Below, in pieces: positions 46,874-55,211 of a stretch of DNA of 64,000 nucleotides; the stretch's first letter is position 1; each line of letters starts with the position of its first letter. The stretch is from an uncultured beta proteobacterium (GTDB lineage: Bacteria > Pseudomonadota > Gammaproteobacteria > Burkholderiales > SG8-39). The translations under genes were made by a program, and so were the position numbers. The DNA lies in the NCBI GenBank assembly GCA_963747775.1, contig CAVVGT010000009.1, positions 3,409-67,408 on the forward strand. The letters run 5' to 3'. The notes below the pieces were generated by a model. It ran no database searches, was not told the DNA's origin, and saw only the letters and a list, made by a program, of their open reading frames with translations.

Positions 46874-48190
46874 TCACCCGAGCGCCGCGCGCCCGTCCAC
46901 TTCCTCGGGGTTGCGGAAGGCGAGGCAGCTGTTGGAGCCGCCGAAGCCGAGCGAGTTGGACAACGCGATTCGTATCCGCTGCTGGCGCGGTTCGCCGCGC
47001 ACGACGTTGACGTCGCAGTCGGGATCGATCTCGCGCAGGTTGGCGCTGACCGGCAGCGTGTCGGTGTGGATCGCCAGCGCGCACACCGCGGCCTCGACGG
47101 CGCCCGCGGCGGCGATGAGATGGCCCATGACGCTCTTGGTCGAGCTCACCGCGACGCGGCGGAAATCGTCGCCGAACACCGCCCGCACGGCAGCGCATTC
47201 GCTGCGGTCGTTCATCGGCGTGGAGGTGCCGTGCGCATTCAGGTAGTCCACGTCTGCGAGCGACGCCCCGGCGTCGCGCAGCGCCTGGCGCATCGCCTGG
47301 ATGGGTCCGTCGCCGGACGGGTGCGAGTCGGTGATGCGGTAGCTCGACAGCGAGTTTCCGTCACCGGCCAGCTCCGCATAGATCCGCGCGCCGCGCCGGC
47401 GGGCGGACTCCCACTCTTCGAGCACCAGGAAGCCGGCCCCCTCCCCGAGAACGAAGCCGTTGCGCGTCACGTCGAACGGGCGGCTTGCGCGCTCCGGCGT
47501 GTCGTTATCGGGCGAGACCGCGTTCAGCAGGCAGAAGCCGGCCAGCCCGACTGGGTTGATCATCGAGTCGAAGCCTCCGGCGAGGACGCGGTCGGCAATC
47601 CCGCGGCGGATCACTTTCAAAGCGGTGCCGATGGCCTGGCCACCGGACGCGCAGGCAGTGTGCACCGAGCTCGCATAGCCGCGGATGCCGAACCGGCGCA
47701 TGAGCAGCGCGACGCCCGCGGTCGACTGGCTGCGGCAGAACACCATCGGATCGGCCGCCGCGCCGTCGCCCGCCAGAAGCCGATCGGTATCGAGCTCGCC
47801 GCCCGGCGCCGCACACCGATGCACGTCCGCAAGATCCTCGAAGGGGACGCCCATCATTCCGGTGCCCACGACGCAGCCCCAGCACGTGCCGGTCTCAGGC
47901 GTCGGCGCGACGCCCGCGTCGCGGATGGCCTGCTCCGCGGCGGCGAGCGCGAACCGGTGCGAGCGATTGGCCGACTTGAGGAGCTTCCGGTCGTCGATGA
48001 CGCGCTCGGGCTCGAAACCCTTCACCTCCGCGGCGATCCGGACCGGGAAGCCGCTGGCATCGAACGTCCGGATCGAAGCGACGGCACTGCGCGCGGCGAG
48101 CAGCGCGCTCCAGGTCGTCGCGACATCGTTGCCGGCGGGCGTCACGAGCCCCAGGCCGGTGATCGCGACGCGGCGCGGACCCTGCGTCAC
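46874..48190 (-). CDS. beta-ketoacyl-ACP synthase (FabF/KAS II-like)
   Basis: RVAITGLGLVTP, VHTACASGGQAIG, LNAHGTSTPMND and KSVMGHLIAAAG give an intact Cys-His-His triad. Confidence 0.9.
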   Translation of the reverse strand: MTQGPRRVAITGLGLVTPAGNDVATTWSALLAARSAVASIRTFDASGFPVRIAAEVKGFEPERVIDDRKLLKSANRSHRFALAAAEQAIRDAGVAPTPETGTCWGCVVGTGMMGVPFEDLADVHRCAAPGGELDTDRLLAGDGAAADPMVFCRSQSTAGVALLMRRFGIRGYASSVHTACASGGQAIGTALKVIRRGIADRVLAGGFDSMINPVGLAGFCLLNAVSPDNDTPERASRPFDVTRNGFVLGEGAGFLVLEEWESARRRGARIYAELAGDGNSLSSYRITDSHPSGDGPIQAMRQALRDAGASLADVDYLNAHGTSTPMNDRSECAAVRAVFGDDFRRVAVSSTKSVMGHLIAAAGAVEAAVCALAIHTDTLPVSANLREIDPDCDVNVVRGEPRQQRIRIALSNSLGFGGSNSCLAFRNPEEVDGRAALG

Positions 48191-49029
48191 GACATCCTCC
48201 GCGGCGCGATCTCGGCGCGTCCGGTCGACACGGACTTGCCGTTTGCGCGCGCTGCGAGGCTAATCGTCGCTCCGTCCGGCGTCGCGGACCGGAGCTCCAG
48301 GCGAAGCTCGAGCACCTGGCCGGGCGAAATGAACGAGCGCATCTTGACGTCGCTCGCTCGCACCGGGGCGAGTATGTCCGCGTGGCGCAATGCCGCCGTC
48401 TCGCCCGCGAGCTGCACGGCCAGGCCGATCTGGGTATCCAGGAGCAGCGTCCCCGGAAACACCGGACGCCGCGGAAAGTGGTCGCCGAAGAACGGGGCGG
48501 TCTCGGGCACGCGCAGCTCGGCACGCAATCGCTCCCCGGCCACGCGCTCGATGATCGCGACTGCGCGCGGCGGGACGCCCTGAAATCTTCCCGCCGGCGC
48601 ACCGGCCCCGCGCAGCACTTCGAAATCCGCGCGGACCGCCTCGGGGGCATCGAACTCGTCCATCGGCAGCATCGGTCCGACGCAATGATTGAGCGCCAGG
48701 ACCTGCCATCCATCCACGCTCGCGGTGCCGCCGTACGCAATCGCCCCCTCGTCGCAGCTCTCGATGCCGACCTCGAGATCGAGCGTCTGCCCGGACGCCA
48801 CGTCGCGCGCGAACAACGCCTCGCCCGCGAGACCCGCGACGGGACGGAAGCGGAAATCGAGTTGCGACATGGATGCCCAGGCGGCGAGCTGGCCCACTGC
48901 TTCAGCGACCAATGATGGCGGGAACTGTGCGACTGCGCCCGGAATCCAATAGCGCCCGGTGGCCCGGATGCCCGGCTCGAGGCGCGTGATCCGGTCGACG
49001 AACGAGAACGCGCTGAAGCGCTCGGCCAT
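48187..49029 (-). CDS. double-hotdog 3-hydroxyacyl-ACP dehydratase
   Basis: 280 aa. The C-terminal half carries the FabZ motif FFGDHFPRRPVFPGTLLLD. The N-terminal half is a second hotdog-like region without that motif. ATGA overlap with the KS start. Confidence 0.75.
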   Translation of the reverse strand: MAERFSAFSFVDRITRLEPGIRATGRYWIPGAVAQFPPSLVAEAVGQLAAWASMSQLDFRFRPVAGLAGEALFARDVASGQTLDLEVGIESCDEGAIAYGGTASVDGWQVLALNHCVGPMLPMDEFDAPEAVRADFEVLRGAGAPAGRFQGVPPRAVAIIERVAGERLRAELRVPETAPFFGDHFPRRPVFPGTLLLDTQIGLAVQLAGETAALRHADILAPVRASDVKMRSFISPGQVLELRLELRSATPDGATISLAARANGKSVSTGRAEIAPRRMS

Positions 49030-49058
49030 CGATCCCGGACGCCCCGCAGCCGGCGCGC

Positions 49059-49484
49059 TCAGGCCGCCGCCTGGGCGGCGCGCTGCGCGCGGATGACGAC
49101 CTTGCAGAAGGTCTCCGGCGTGAAGAGCTTGGGGATGTCCGCGGACTTCATCGGGGTCTTGAAGCGCTCGACCGGCACTTCGCTCAGGAACTCGCGCAGG
49201 CGCTTGTTCCCGATCTCGGTGAGCACGCCCTTCTGCTCGAAATCGGATTCCGCAAGGTCGCCGCGCGCGTCCTCGACGATTTTGCCGCGAGGGATCTTGA
49301 CGCCGAACGCCCGCTCGAGCCGGAAGACGAGGTCCAGAAAGTCGATCGACTCGGCGCCGAGCTCTTCGATGAGCGGCGCCGCCGGTTTCACGTCCGCGGT
49401 CTCGAGACCGAGCGCATCGGCGATGATCTGGGCCACCTTGGGGTAGACCGTTGCAATCTCTTCCTTGCTGATCGCTTGCTGCAT
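49059..49484 (-). CDS. acyl carrier protein with ~60-aa C-terminal extension
   Basis: EELGAESIDFLDLVFRLERAFG carries the phosphopantetheine Ser context. The start is taken at MQQAISKEE (alternative 49511). The tail RGKIVEDARGDLAESDFEQKGVLTEIGNKRLREFL... has no ACP counterpart. Confidence 0.75.
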   Translation of the reverse strand: MQQAISKEEIATVYPKVAQIIADALGLETADVKPAAPLIEELGAESIDFLDLVFRLERAFGVKIPRGKIVEDARGDLAESDFEQKGVLTEIGNKRLREFLSEVPVERFKTPMKSADIPKLFTPETFCKVVIRAQRAAQAAA

Positions 49485-49488
49485 CCTG

Positions 49489-50247
49489 TTACTCCATCTT
49501 GAAGCCGCCATCGACGTGCAGGACCTCTCCAGTGACGTAGTCCGCGAAACGCGAGGCGAGGAACCAGACGGCGTATGCGACGTCCAACGGCTGGCCGAAT
49601 CGACGCAGCAGGATGCGTCCCTTCACCTCGTCGCCCGCCGCGTCCCGAACCGCCTGCGACATCTCGGTCTCGATCACGCCTGGCGCCACGCAGTTCACCG
49701 CGATCTTGCGGGGCGCGAGCTCGACCGCGAGCGCTCGAGTGAAGGCGTTGATCGCGCCCTTGCTCGCCGCGTAATTCGTCTGTCCCCGGCCGCCCTTCTC
49801 GCCCGAGACCGAACTCAGATTCACGACCTTCCCGGCGCGCCGCGCGATCATGTGCGGCACCACCGCGCGCGTCACGTTGAACACGCCGCCGACGTTCGTC
49901 TCGAGCACGGTGCGGACGTCCTCGTCCTCGAGCAAGCCCAAAAGATTATCACGGATCACCCCTGCATTGTTCACCAGGATATCGATCCGACCCCACGCGT
50001 CTGCCAGCCGCTCCACCGCGGCGCCGACTGCCTTCGCGTCGGTCACATCGACCTGATCGGCCGTGACCCTGAGCCCCGCGGCGCGCGCCTGCTCGACCAC
50101 CTCCGTCGCCGCCGCGGCATTGCCGCGATAGAAGAACGCGACCTCCGCGCCGTCGCGCGCGAAGAGCTCGACGATTGCCCGTCCGATGCCGCGGCTTCCG
50201 CCGGTCACCAGTACCGTCTTGCCCGCGAGTCCCGACTCGATCTGCAT
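49489..50247 (-). CDS. 3-oxoacyl-ACP reductase (FabG-type SDR)
   Basis: 252 aa from MQIESGLAGKTVLVTGGSRGIG, with NNAG and catalytic YAASK. The upstream part of track ORF 49489..50679 is rejected. Confidence 0.9.
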   Translation of the reverse strand: MQIESGLAGKTVLVTGGSRGIGRAIVELFARDGAEVAFFYRGNAAAATEVVEQARAAGLRVTADQVDVTDAKAVGAAVERLADAWGRIDILVNNAGVIRDNLLGLLEDEDVRTVLETNVGGVFNVTRAVVPHMIARRAGKVVNLSSVSGEKGGRGQTNYAASKGAINAFTRALAVELAPRKIAVNCVAPGVIETEMSQAVRDAAGDEVKGRILLRRFGQPLDVAYAVWFLASRFADYVTGEVLHVDGGFKME

Positions 50248-50255
50248 CGTGCCCG

Positions 50256-51011
50256 CTAACCCGATATGGCGAACCCGCCGTCGACGAACAGCGTGTGGCC
50301 GTTGATCATGCCCGCCTCGGGCAGGCAGAGGAGGTAAACCGCCCCTGCCACATCCTGCGGCGTGAGCACCGGACCGGCCGGCGTGCGCTGAGCGAACGAC
50401 GCGAGCAGCGCCTCGCGATTCGGGAAGTGTTGGAGGGCATCGGTGTCCACGACGCCCGCGCTCACGGCGTTCACGCGAATTCCGCGCGGGCCGAGCTCCT
50501 GCGCGAGCGATCGCACGAGCGCTTCGAGCGCCGCCTTGGACGCGCCGATGAAGCCGTAATGCGGCATCGCGCGCAAGGCCCCGAGGCTCGACATCGCCAC
50601 GATCCGCCCGCCGGACGTCATCATCGGCACCGCGCGCTGCGCCAGCAGGTTGAGGGCGAAGGCGTTTGTCTCCATGCACCAGCGCCAGTGCTTGAGCGTC
50701 ATTTCCATCGTCGGCCGCAGTACCCCCGATGCGGCGTTGCTCACCACGATGTCGACTCGATCGAAGTGCTTCTTCAGCTCGACGAACAGCTCATCGACGC
50801 TTTCCGGCAGCCCGACGCTTGCCTTGATCGCGACCGCGCGCCTGCCCATGCCGCGAACCTCGGCGCACACCGCCTCGGCTTCGTCGTGGCTGTTGTAGTA
50901 GTTCGCCACCACGTCGCAACCGCCCGATGCGAGCTTGAGTGCGACGGCGCGGCCGATGCCGCGGGCGGCGCCGGTGACGAGCGCGACCCTGCCTGAGAGA
51001 ACGTCCGACAT
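50256..51011 (-). CDS. SDR resembling FabL-type enoyl-ACP reductase
   Basis: VALVTGAARGIG, SNAASG and MSSLGALRAMPHYGFIGASKAALE (a Yx6K-like spacing as in FabL/FabI-type reductases, from memory). Confidence 0.7.
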   Translation of the reverse strand: MSDVLSGRVALVTGAARGIGRAVALKLASGGCDVVANYYNSHDEAEAVCAEVRGMGRRAVAIKASVGLPESVDELFVELKKHFDRVDIVVSNAASGVLRPTMEMTLKHWRWCMETNAFALNLLAQRAVPMMTSGGRIVAMSSLGALRAMPHYGFIGASKAALEALVRSLAQELGPRGIRVNAVSAGVVDTDALQHFPNREALLASFAQRTPAGPVLTPQDVAGAVYLLCLPEAGMINGHTLFVDGGFAISG

Positions 51012-51023
51012 CCGCGCCCTTTC

Positions 51024-52088
51024 CTATTGCCGCTTTTCCGCCGCGGCCGCCGCGTTCTTGGCGCGCAGGAACCGCTGTGCCTCGAGCACCCAGTGCTTCT
51101 TGATGCTGTACCAGACATCCGCTGCCCAGAGCGCGTTGGCTACCGACGCGGCGTTCGCCGGAAACCCGTCGACCTGGCCGGGAACGTAGGCGTTCAGCCA
51201 TTCGCGCATCGCCGGGTCCTCGGCAAGATCGGCGACCGCAGCCACGGTGACGTGCGAGTAGCTGGCGGGCAATTCGATGTTGCGCACTCTCGCAGCGCCG
51301 CTCGCGCGATACGTCCCACCGACGCCCGGCAGATCCCACGCGATGAAATCGACGCCGAGCGAGTAGCCGGTGAAATCCTCGACCGTATCGGGAATGGTGC
51401 GCAAGCGGCCGACCATACTCCACTGGTTCGGGAGCAGTAACGCCGCGCCGCCGGCACCGACGGCTGACGCGTATCCCACCTTCAGCCCGACGACCGGACG
51501 CTCGTGACCCGTGAGCGGATCGAGGATCGTGGTCCGGCTCTCGGCGCGGTCGGTAAGCGGATTCCAGACCCGAATCGCGTTGCCGCCGTCCCCGGCGAGC
51601 TCGTGGAGCACTTTGACTGCCTGAATACCGCCCTGGCTGTGCCCGACGATGAGCGGCCGCAGACCGTCGTGCTCGTAGTACCACGCGATCAGTCCCGCGA
51701 GTTGCGCGCTGCTCTCGTAGGGGCTGTGGGACAGGCGCCCGTCGCCCGGATGGCGGATCTTGCTCTCCGGGTAGCCCATGGCGACCAGGAACCGCGCGAA
51801 CGACTCCATCACGAGATGGACCGGATAGATGCCTCCGTGCAGATTCACGATGCGCGGCGTGGGGCCGGCGGCGAGGACGGTTCGCACGTCGTCGTCGCTG
51901 ACACGCTCGGGGTCGAGCGCGAGAATCCGGTTCTGGTGCGCCGGGGCGACGTGCGTTTGCGCGAGCACGGAGCCCTTCTCGATCGTCTGAGCTTCGAGCC
52001 GTGCGCGCTCGGTGGTGGGCAGCGTTGCCGCGCAACCGGCAACGAGGAGGGCGAAAAGGATCGACAGGAGAAAGGCGGCGGCTTTCAT
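51024..52088 (-). CDS. alpha/beta-hydrolase-like lipoprotein (GHSQGG nucleophile elbow), paralogue B
   Basis: Lipobox MKAAAFLLSILFALLVAGC. IVGHSQGG. C-terminal WYSIKKHWVLEAQRF. Start taken from within track ORF 51024..52397. ATGA overlap with the upstream gene. Confidence 0.75.
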   Translation of the reverse strand: MKAAAFLLSILFALLVAGCAATLPTTERARLEAQTIEKGSVLAQTHVAPAHQNRILALDPERVSDDDVRTVLAAGPTPRIVNLHGGIYPVHLVMESFARFLVAMGYPESKIRHPGDGRLSHSPYESSAQLAGLIAWYYEHDGLRPLIVGHSQGGIQAVKVLHELAGDGGNAIRVWNPLTDRAESRTTILDPLTGHERPVVGLKVGYASAVGAGGAALLLPNQWSMVGRLRTIPDTVEDFTGYSLGVDFIAWDLPGVGGTYRASGAARVRNIELPASYSHVTVAAVADLAEDPAMREWLNAYVPGQVDGFPANAASVANALWAADVWYSIKKHWVLEAQRFLRAKNAAAAAEKRQ

Positions 52089-53395
52089 GAACCAGGCTCT
52101 TCGCGGAGACTCGCGATACAGCGGACAAATTCTTTCACTACCCCGTCGATGGCCGCCTGCGAGAACGCGGCCGTGCGGTACGAGACGCCGACATGGAGCA
52201 CGTCTCTTATCGTGGTGACTGCGAACACCATCGGGCACAGCGGGCCGGTGGGAACCGCCCGGATATAGTCGAACGTCGCGTCGCGGCCGTCTCCCCTGCC
52301 CCACAGCGCCTTCACATTCAGCGTGGTGACGCCCGCCCAGGCGGGATGGTATTTGACGAAGAAGCGGGCGCGCTGGTGCGGCGACAGGAAACGCCACATC
52401 AGCGCCGACACCCCGAGCGCGAGGAGACTGAGCAGATCGACCCGATTGGCCTTCACCCGCACGGTCTCGGCGTGAACGGCCTGGACCAGCGCGCGCAGCC
52501 CGAGGCCCGCCGGCACCGGGTGCGAGACGCGGAAGGAGGCGAGAAACGGGCTCAACGCGGTGCGCGCCGCCGGGCCGAAGTCGTCCCTGATGTTCACAAT
52601 CGAAGCCACCGCAAGCTCGCGTCGTCTAGGCTGTCTCGCACGCTCCGGAGCAAGCGGCGCAAGCGCCAGCAGGACGCTTGCCATCAGGAGATCGTTGAAC
52701 GTGACCCCCCAGGCCCTGCCCGCCCCGCGCAAGCCGTCCAGCGCCTCCGGCCCCAGGCTGAAGAACTTGAACGCATTGTACTGATCGTCGGCGCTTCCAT
52801 AGCGCGGGCGAAACGACCGGCGCGAGCTGGCCACCATGCGCGGCAGCGCGGCGAGCCCTTTCAGGATCCAAAGCGGATGGCGCAGCAACAGGCTGCGATA
52901 GGTCGCGGGATAGACCTCCAGCGGCGGCACCGCAGCCTCGGCCGCCACGCCGCCAACGTAGCGTTCGGCGATGTCCCTGAGCAGCAGTGCGATCGAGTCG
53001 CCGCCCGCCACGAAGTGATCATACGCCAAGGCGAGATGGAATTCCCCGCCGGCGTCGACGGCGACGAACCGGAACGGCGTGGACTTCGGTGCGGCAGCAA
53101 ATGGCGAGTTGAACTCGCGCTCGATCTCGCTGCTCAAGACACTGATCGCGTCGGCGCCGGCCGCGCGCACGCGGAGGTCGGCGTTGGCCGGGCCGCCGCA
53201 GTAGCGGAAGCGCCAGCGCTCCAGATCGACGACCAGGCCGGTCAGGCCGACGCCCTCCAGATGGCGGTCGATGCACGCCTGCAAGCGCGCGCGCTCGAGC
53301 GGAGCGGGGATCAATACGACGTGCACCGGGTTGTACGGATGCAGCTCGCGCCAGCGCAGCATCATCCGCTGAAACAGATTGAGGTGGCCCTCCAA
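52085..53395 (-). CDS. condensation-domain-like acyltransferase (degenerate HHxxxDG: DHFVAGGDS)
   Basis: LNLFQRMMLRWRELHPYNPVH N-terminus and FHLALAYDHFVAGGDSIALLL core. The start is ambiguous: TTG at 53395 directly after the upstream stop, or ATG at 53365. Confidence 0.65.
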   Translation of the reverse strand: MEGHLNLFQRMMLRWRELHPYNPVHVVLIPAPLERARLQACIDRHLEGVGLTGLVVDLERWRFRYCGGPANADLRVRAAGADAISVLSSEIEREFNSPFAAAPKSTPFRFVAVDAGGEFHLALAYDHFVAGGDSIALLLRDIAERYVGGVAAEAAVPPLEVYPATYRSLLLRHPLWILKGLAALPRMVASSRRSFRPRYGSADDQYNAFKFFSLGPEALDGLRGAGRAWGVTFNDLLMASVLLALAPLAPERARQPRRRELAVASIVNIRDDFGPAARTALSPFLASFRVSHPVPAGLGLRALVQAVHAETVRVKANRVDLLSLLALGVSALMWRFLSPHQRARFFVKYHPAWAGVTTLNVKALWGRGDGRDATFDYIRAVPTGPLCPMVFAVTTIRDVLHVGVSYRTAAFSQAAIDGVVKEFVRCIASLREEPGS

Positions 53396-53397
53396 AA

Positions 53398-54456
53398 TCA
53401 GCGCCTCGCTTGCTGAACCGCCCGCTGGGCGCGTACCAGGCGCTGGGCCTCGAGGCACCAATGCTTCTTGATGCTGAACCAGATGTCGGCGGCGTGCAAA
53501 AGGTTCTGGGTGTCCACGCCCGCCGGTGCCGGCGTCGGCGCACCCGGCGCGTAGTGCTCGATCCAAGTACGCGTCGCCGCGTTTGCGGCCAGATGCGCCG
53601 CGGAGGGCAGCGATATGTGCGAATACTCCGCGGGGAGCGTGACGTTACGCACCTTGGCGCTCCCGGTCGGCCGATACGGATTGTCCTGCGCCGAACCCGG
53701 CGAGGTGCCGGCGATTACGTCCCATTCGATGAAGTAGCCGGTGAACTCGTCGACGGTGTCGGGCACGGTGCGCAGCCGCGACAGCATTCCCCACTGGCCG
53801 AGCAGCACGCGCATGAGACTCCCGGTCGCGAGCGCGGCCGCATACGGCACGCGCAGCCCCACGACGGGCCGGTCGGCGCCGGTGAGCGGGTCGGTGATCG
53901 TGAACCGGTCCTCGGCGGCATCGGTGACCGGGTTCCACACGGGGATGCGGTCGCCCGGGGCGCCGGCGAGATCCTGCAGGATCTTCACGGTTAGCATGCC
54001 GCCCTGACTGTGCCCGATCAGCATGGGCACGCTGCCTTCGCGCTCGTAGTGCCACGCGAGCGTCCCGGCGATCTCGCGGCTGTCGGCGAAGCTGCTGTAG
54101 GTGTAGCGGCCGTCCCGCGGGTTCCTGAGCCGCTCCGCCGGATAGCCCATCGCGATGAGGAACTCCGCGAAGGGCGCCATCGTCACGATCGGAACGCTGC
54201 CCTGCAGGCCGATGATGCGCGGCGCGGGCGCCCGCGCCAGGACCTCTCGCACCTCCTCCGGCGAGATCCGTTCGGGGTCGAGCGCGAGCAGCCGGTCCTC
54301 GGTCGCGCGGTCGAGCGATAGGCCGGCGAGCACGCCGCTCGGCGCGTGCGCCGCGCCTGGCGCCGCTGGACCCACTGGATCGGCGGCGAGCGCGAAGGGC
54401 GCGCCGAGCGCCAGGGCCGCGGCGAGGATTGCGCGGACGTGGCGCATGCGACTCAC
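53398..54456 (-). CDS. exported alpha/beta-hydrolase-like protein (GHSQGG), paralogue A
   Basis: Sec signal MSRMRHVRAILAAALALGAPFALAADP. LIGHSQGG. C-terminal WFSIKKHWCLEAQRL. Colinear with paralogue B over its whole length. Confidence 0.75.
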   Translation of the reverse strand: MSRMRHVRAILAAALALGAPFALAADPVGPAAPGAAHAPSGVLAGLSLDRATEDRLLALDPERISPEEVREVLARAPAPRIIGLQGSVPIVTMAPFAEFLIAMGYPAERLRNPRDGRYTYSSFADSREIAGTLAWHYEREGSVPMLIGHSQGGMLTVKILQDLAGAPGDRIPVWNPVTDAAEDRFTITDPLTGADRPVVGLRVPYAAALATGSLMRVLLGQWGMLSRLRTVPDTVDEFTGYFIEWDVIAGTSPGSAQDNPYRPTGSAKVRNVTLPAEYSHISLPSAAHLAANAATRTWIEHYAPGAPTPAPAGVDTQNLLHAADIWFSIKKHWCLEAQRLVRAQRAVQQARR

Positions 54457-55094
54457 GGCGGGCCCTCAAGCTTCGACTTGCCCGCCCCGAAGTGCGGCAC
54501 GAAGCGACCGGTCCGGCGGCAATAGCTCGCATAGGCCTCGCCCTTCGCACCGAGCAGGAAACGCTCCTCGTTGCGCGCCTTCACGAGCATCAGCAGGACA
54601 TGCACCGCCGCCACCACGACCATCGGAACGGTCGGGACCACCAGCGCGGAGCAGAGCATGAGCAGGACGCTCAGCGCGTAAATCGGGTGGCGGATGTAAC
54701 CGTAGAGGCCGCTCGTGACGAGGTCGGTCTGTTGATCGGGGGTGACCGCCATGCGCCAATTCTTGCCCATCCGGATCCAGCACTCGATGGTGAGCGCAAG
54801 GCAAGCGACTCCGACAACCGCGGCGATCCAGCGTAGCGCGACGTAGCCCGATGCGTAGGCGAAACCGGGAAGTGCCCAGGGCGCGCCGGAGCCGGTCGCG
54901 GCAAGGTAGGGAAGCGCCATCCACGCGAAAACGAGCGGCACCCAGACTACCCACATGAACTGCTCGAGCCGCTGCTTCGGCACGACGCCCGACAACTTCC
55001 GGGTCTTGCGGCGGATGCGTACCACCATGACGCCGACGCAGAACCAGTAGGTCCAGACCGTCGCCGTCAGTACCGTGACCGGTAGATCCTTCAT
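54453..55094 (-). CDS. ICMT/PEMT-family membrane methyltransferase
   Basis: Multi-span protein with GLYGYIRHPIYALSVLLML ... ARNEERFLLGAKGEAYASYCRRT. The start is taken at MKDLPVTVL (alternative 55133). ATGA-type overlap with the next gene. Confidence 0.75.
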   Translation of the reverse strand: MKDLPVTVLTATVWTYWFCVGVMVVRIRRKTRKLSGVVPKQRLEQFMWVVWVPLVFAWMALPYLAATGSGAPWALPGFAYASGYVALRWIAAVVGVACLALTIECWIRMGKNWRMAVTPDQQTDLVTSGLYGYIRHPIYALSVLLMLCSALVVPTVPMVVVAAVHVLLMLVKARNEERFLLGAKGEAYASYCRRTGRFVPHFGAGKSKLEGPP

Positions 55095-55211
55095 AGCCCC
55101 GTCTGGCGCGCCGCCGCTTGCGGGTCCGCCCATCCCTGCGCCCGCGCGCGGTGGCGCCGGGTGTGCTGCAGTGCGGAGTCTACCGCGCCGGAGTGACGGA
55201 GACCGTGCGAA

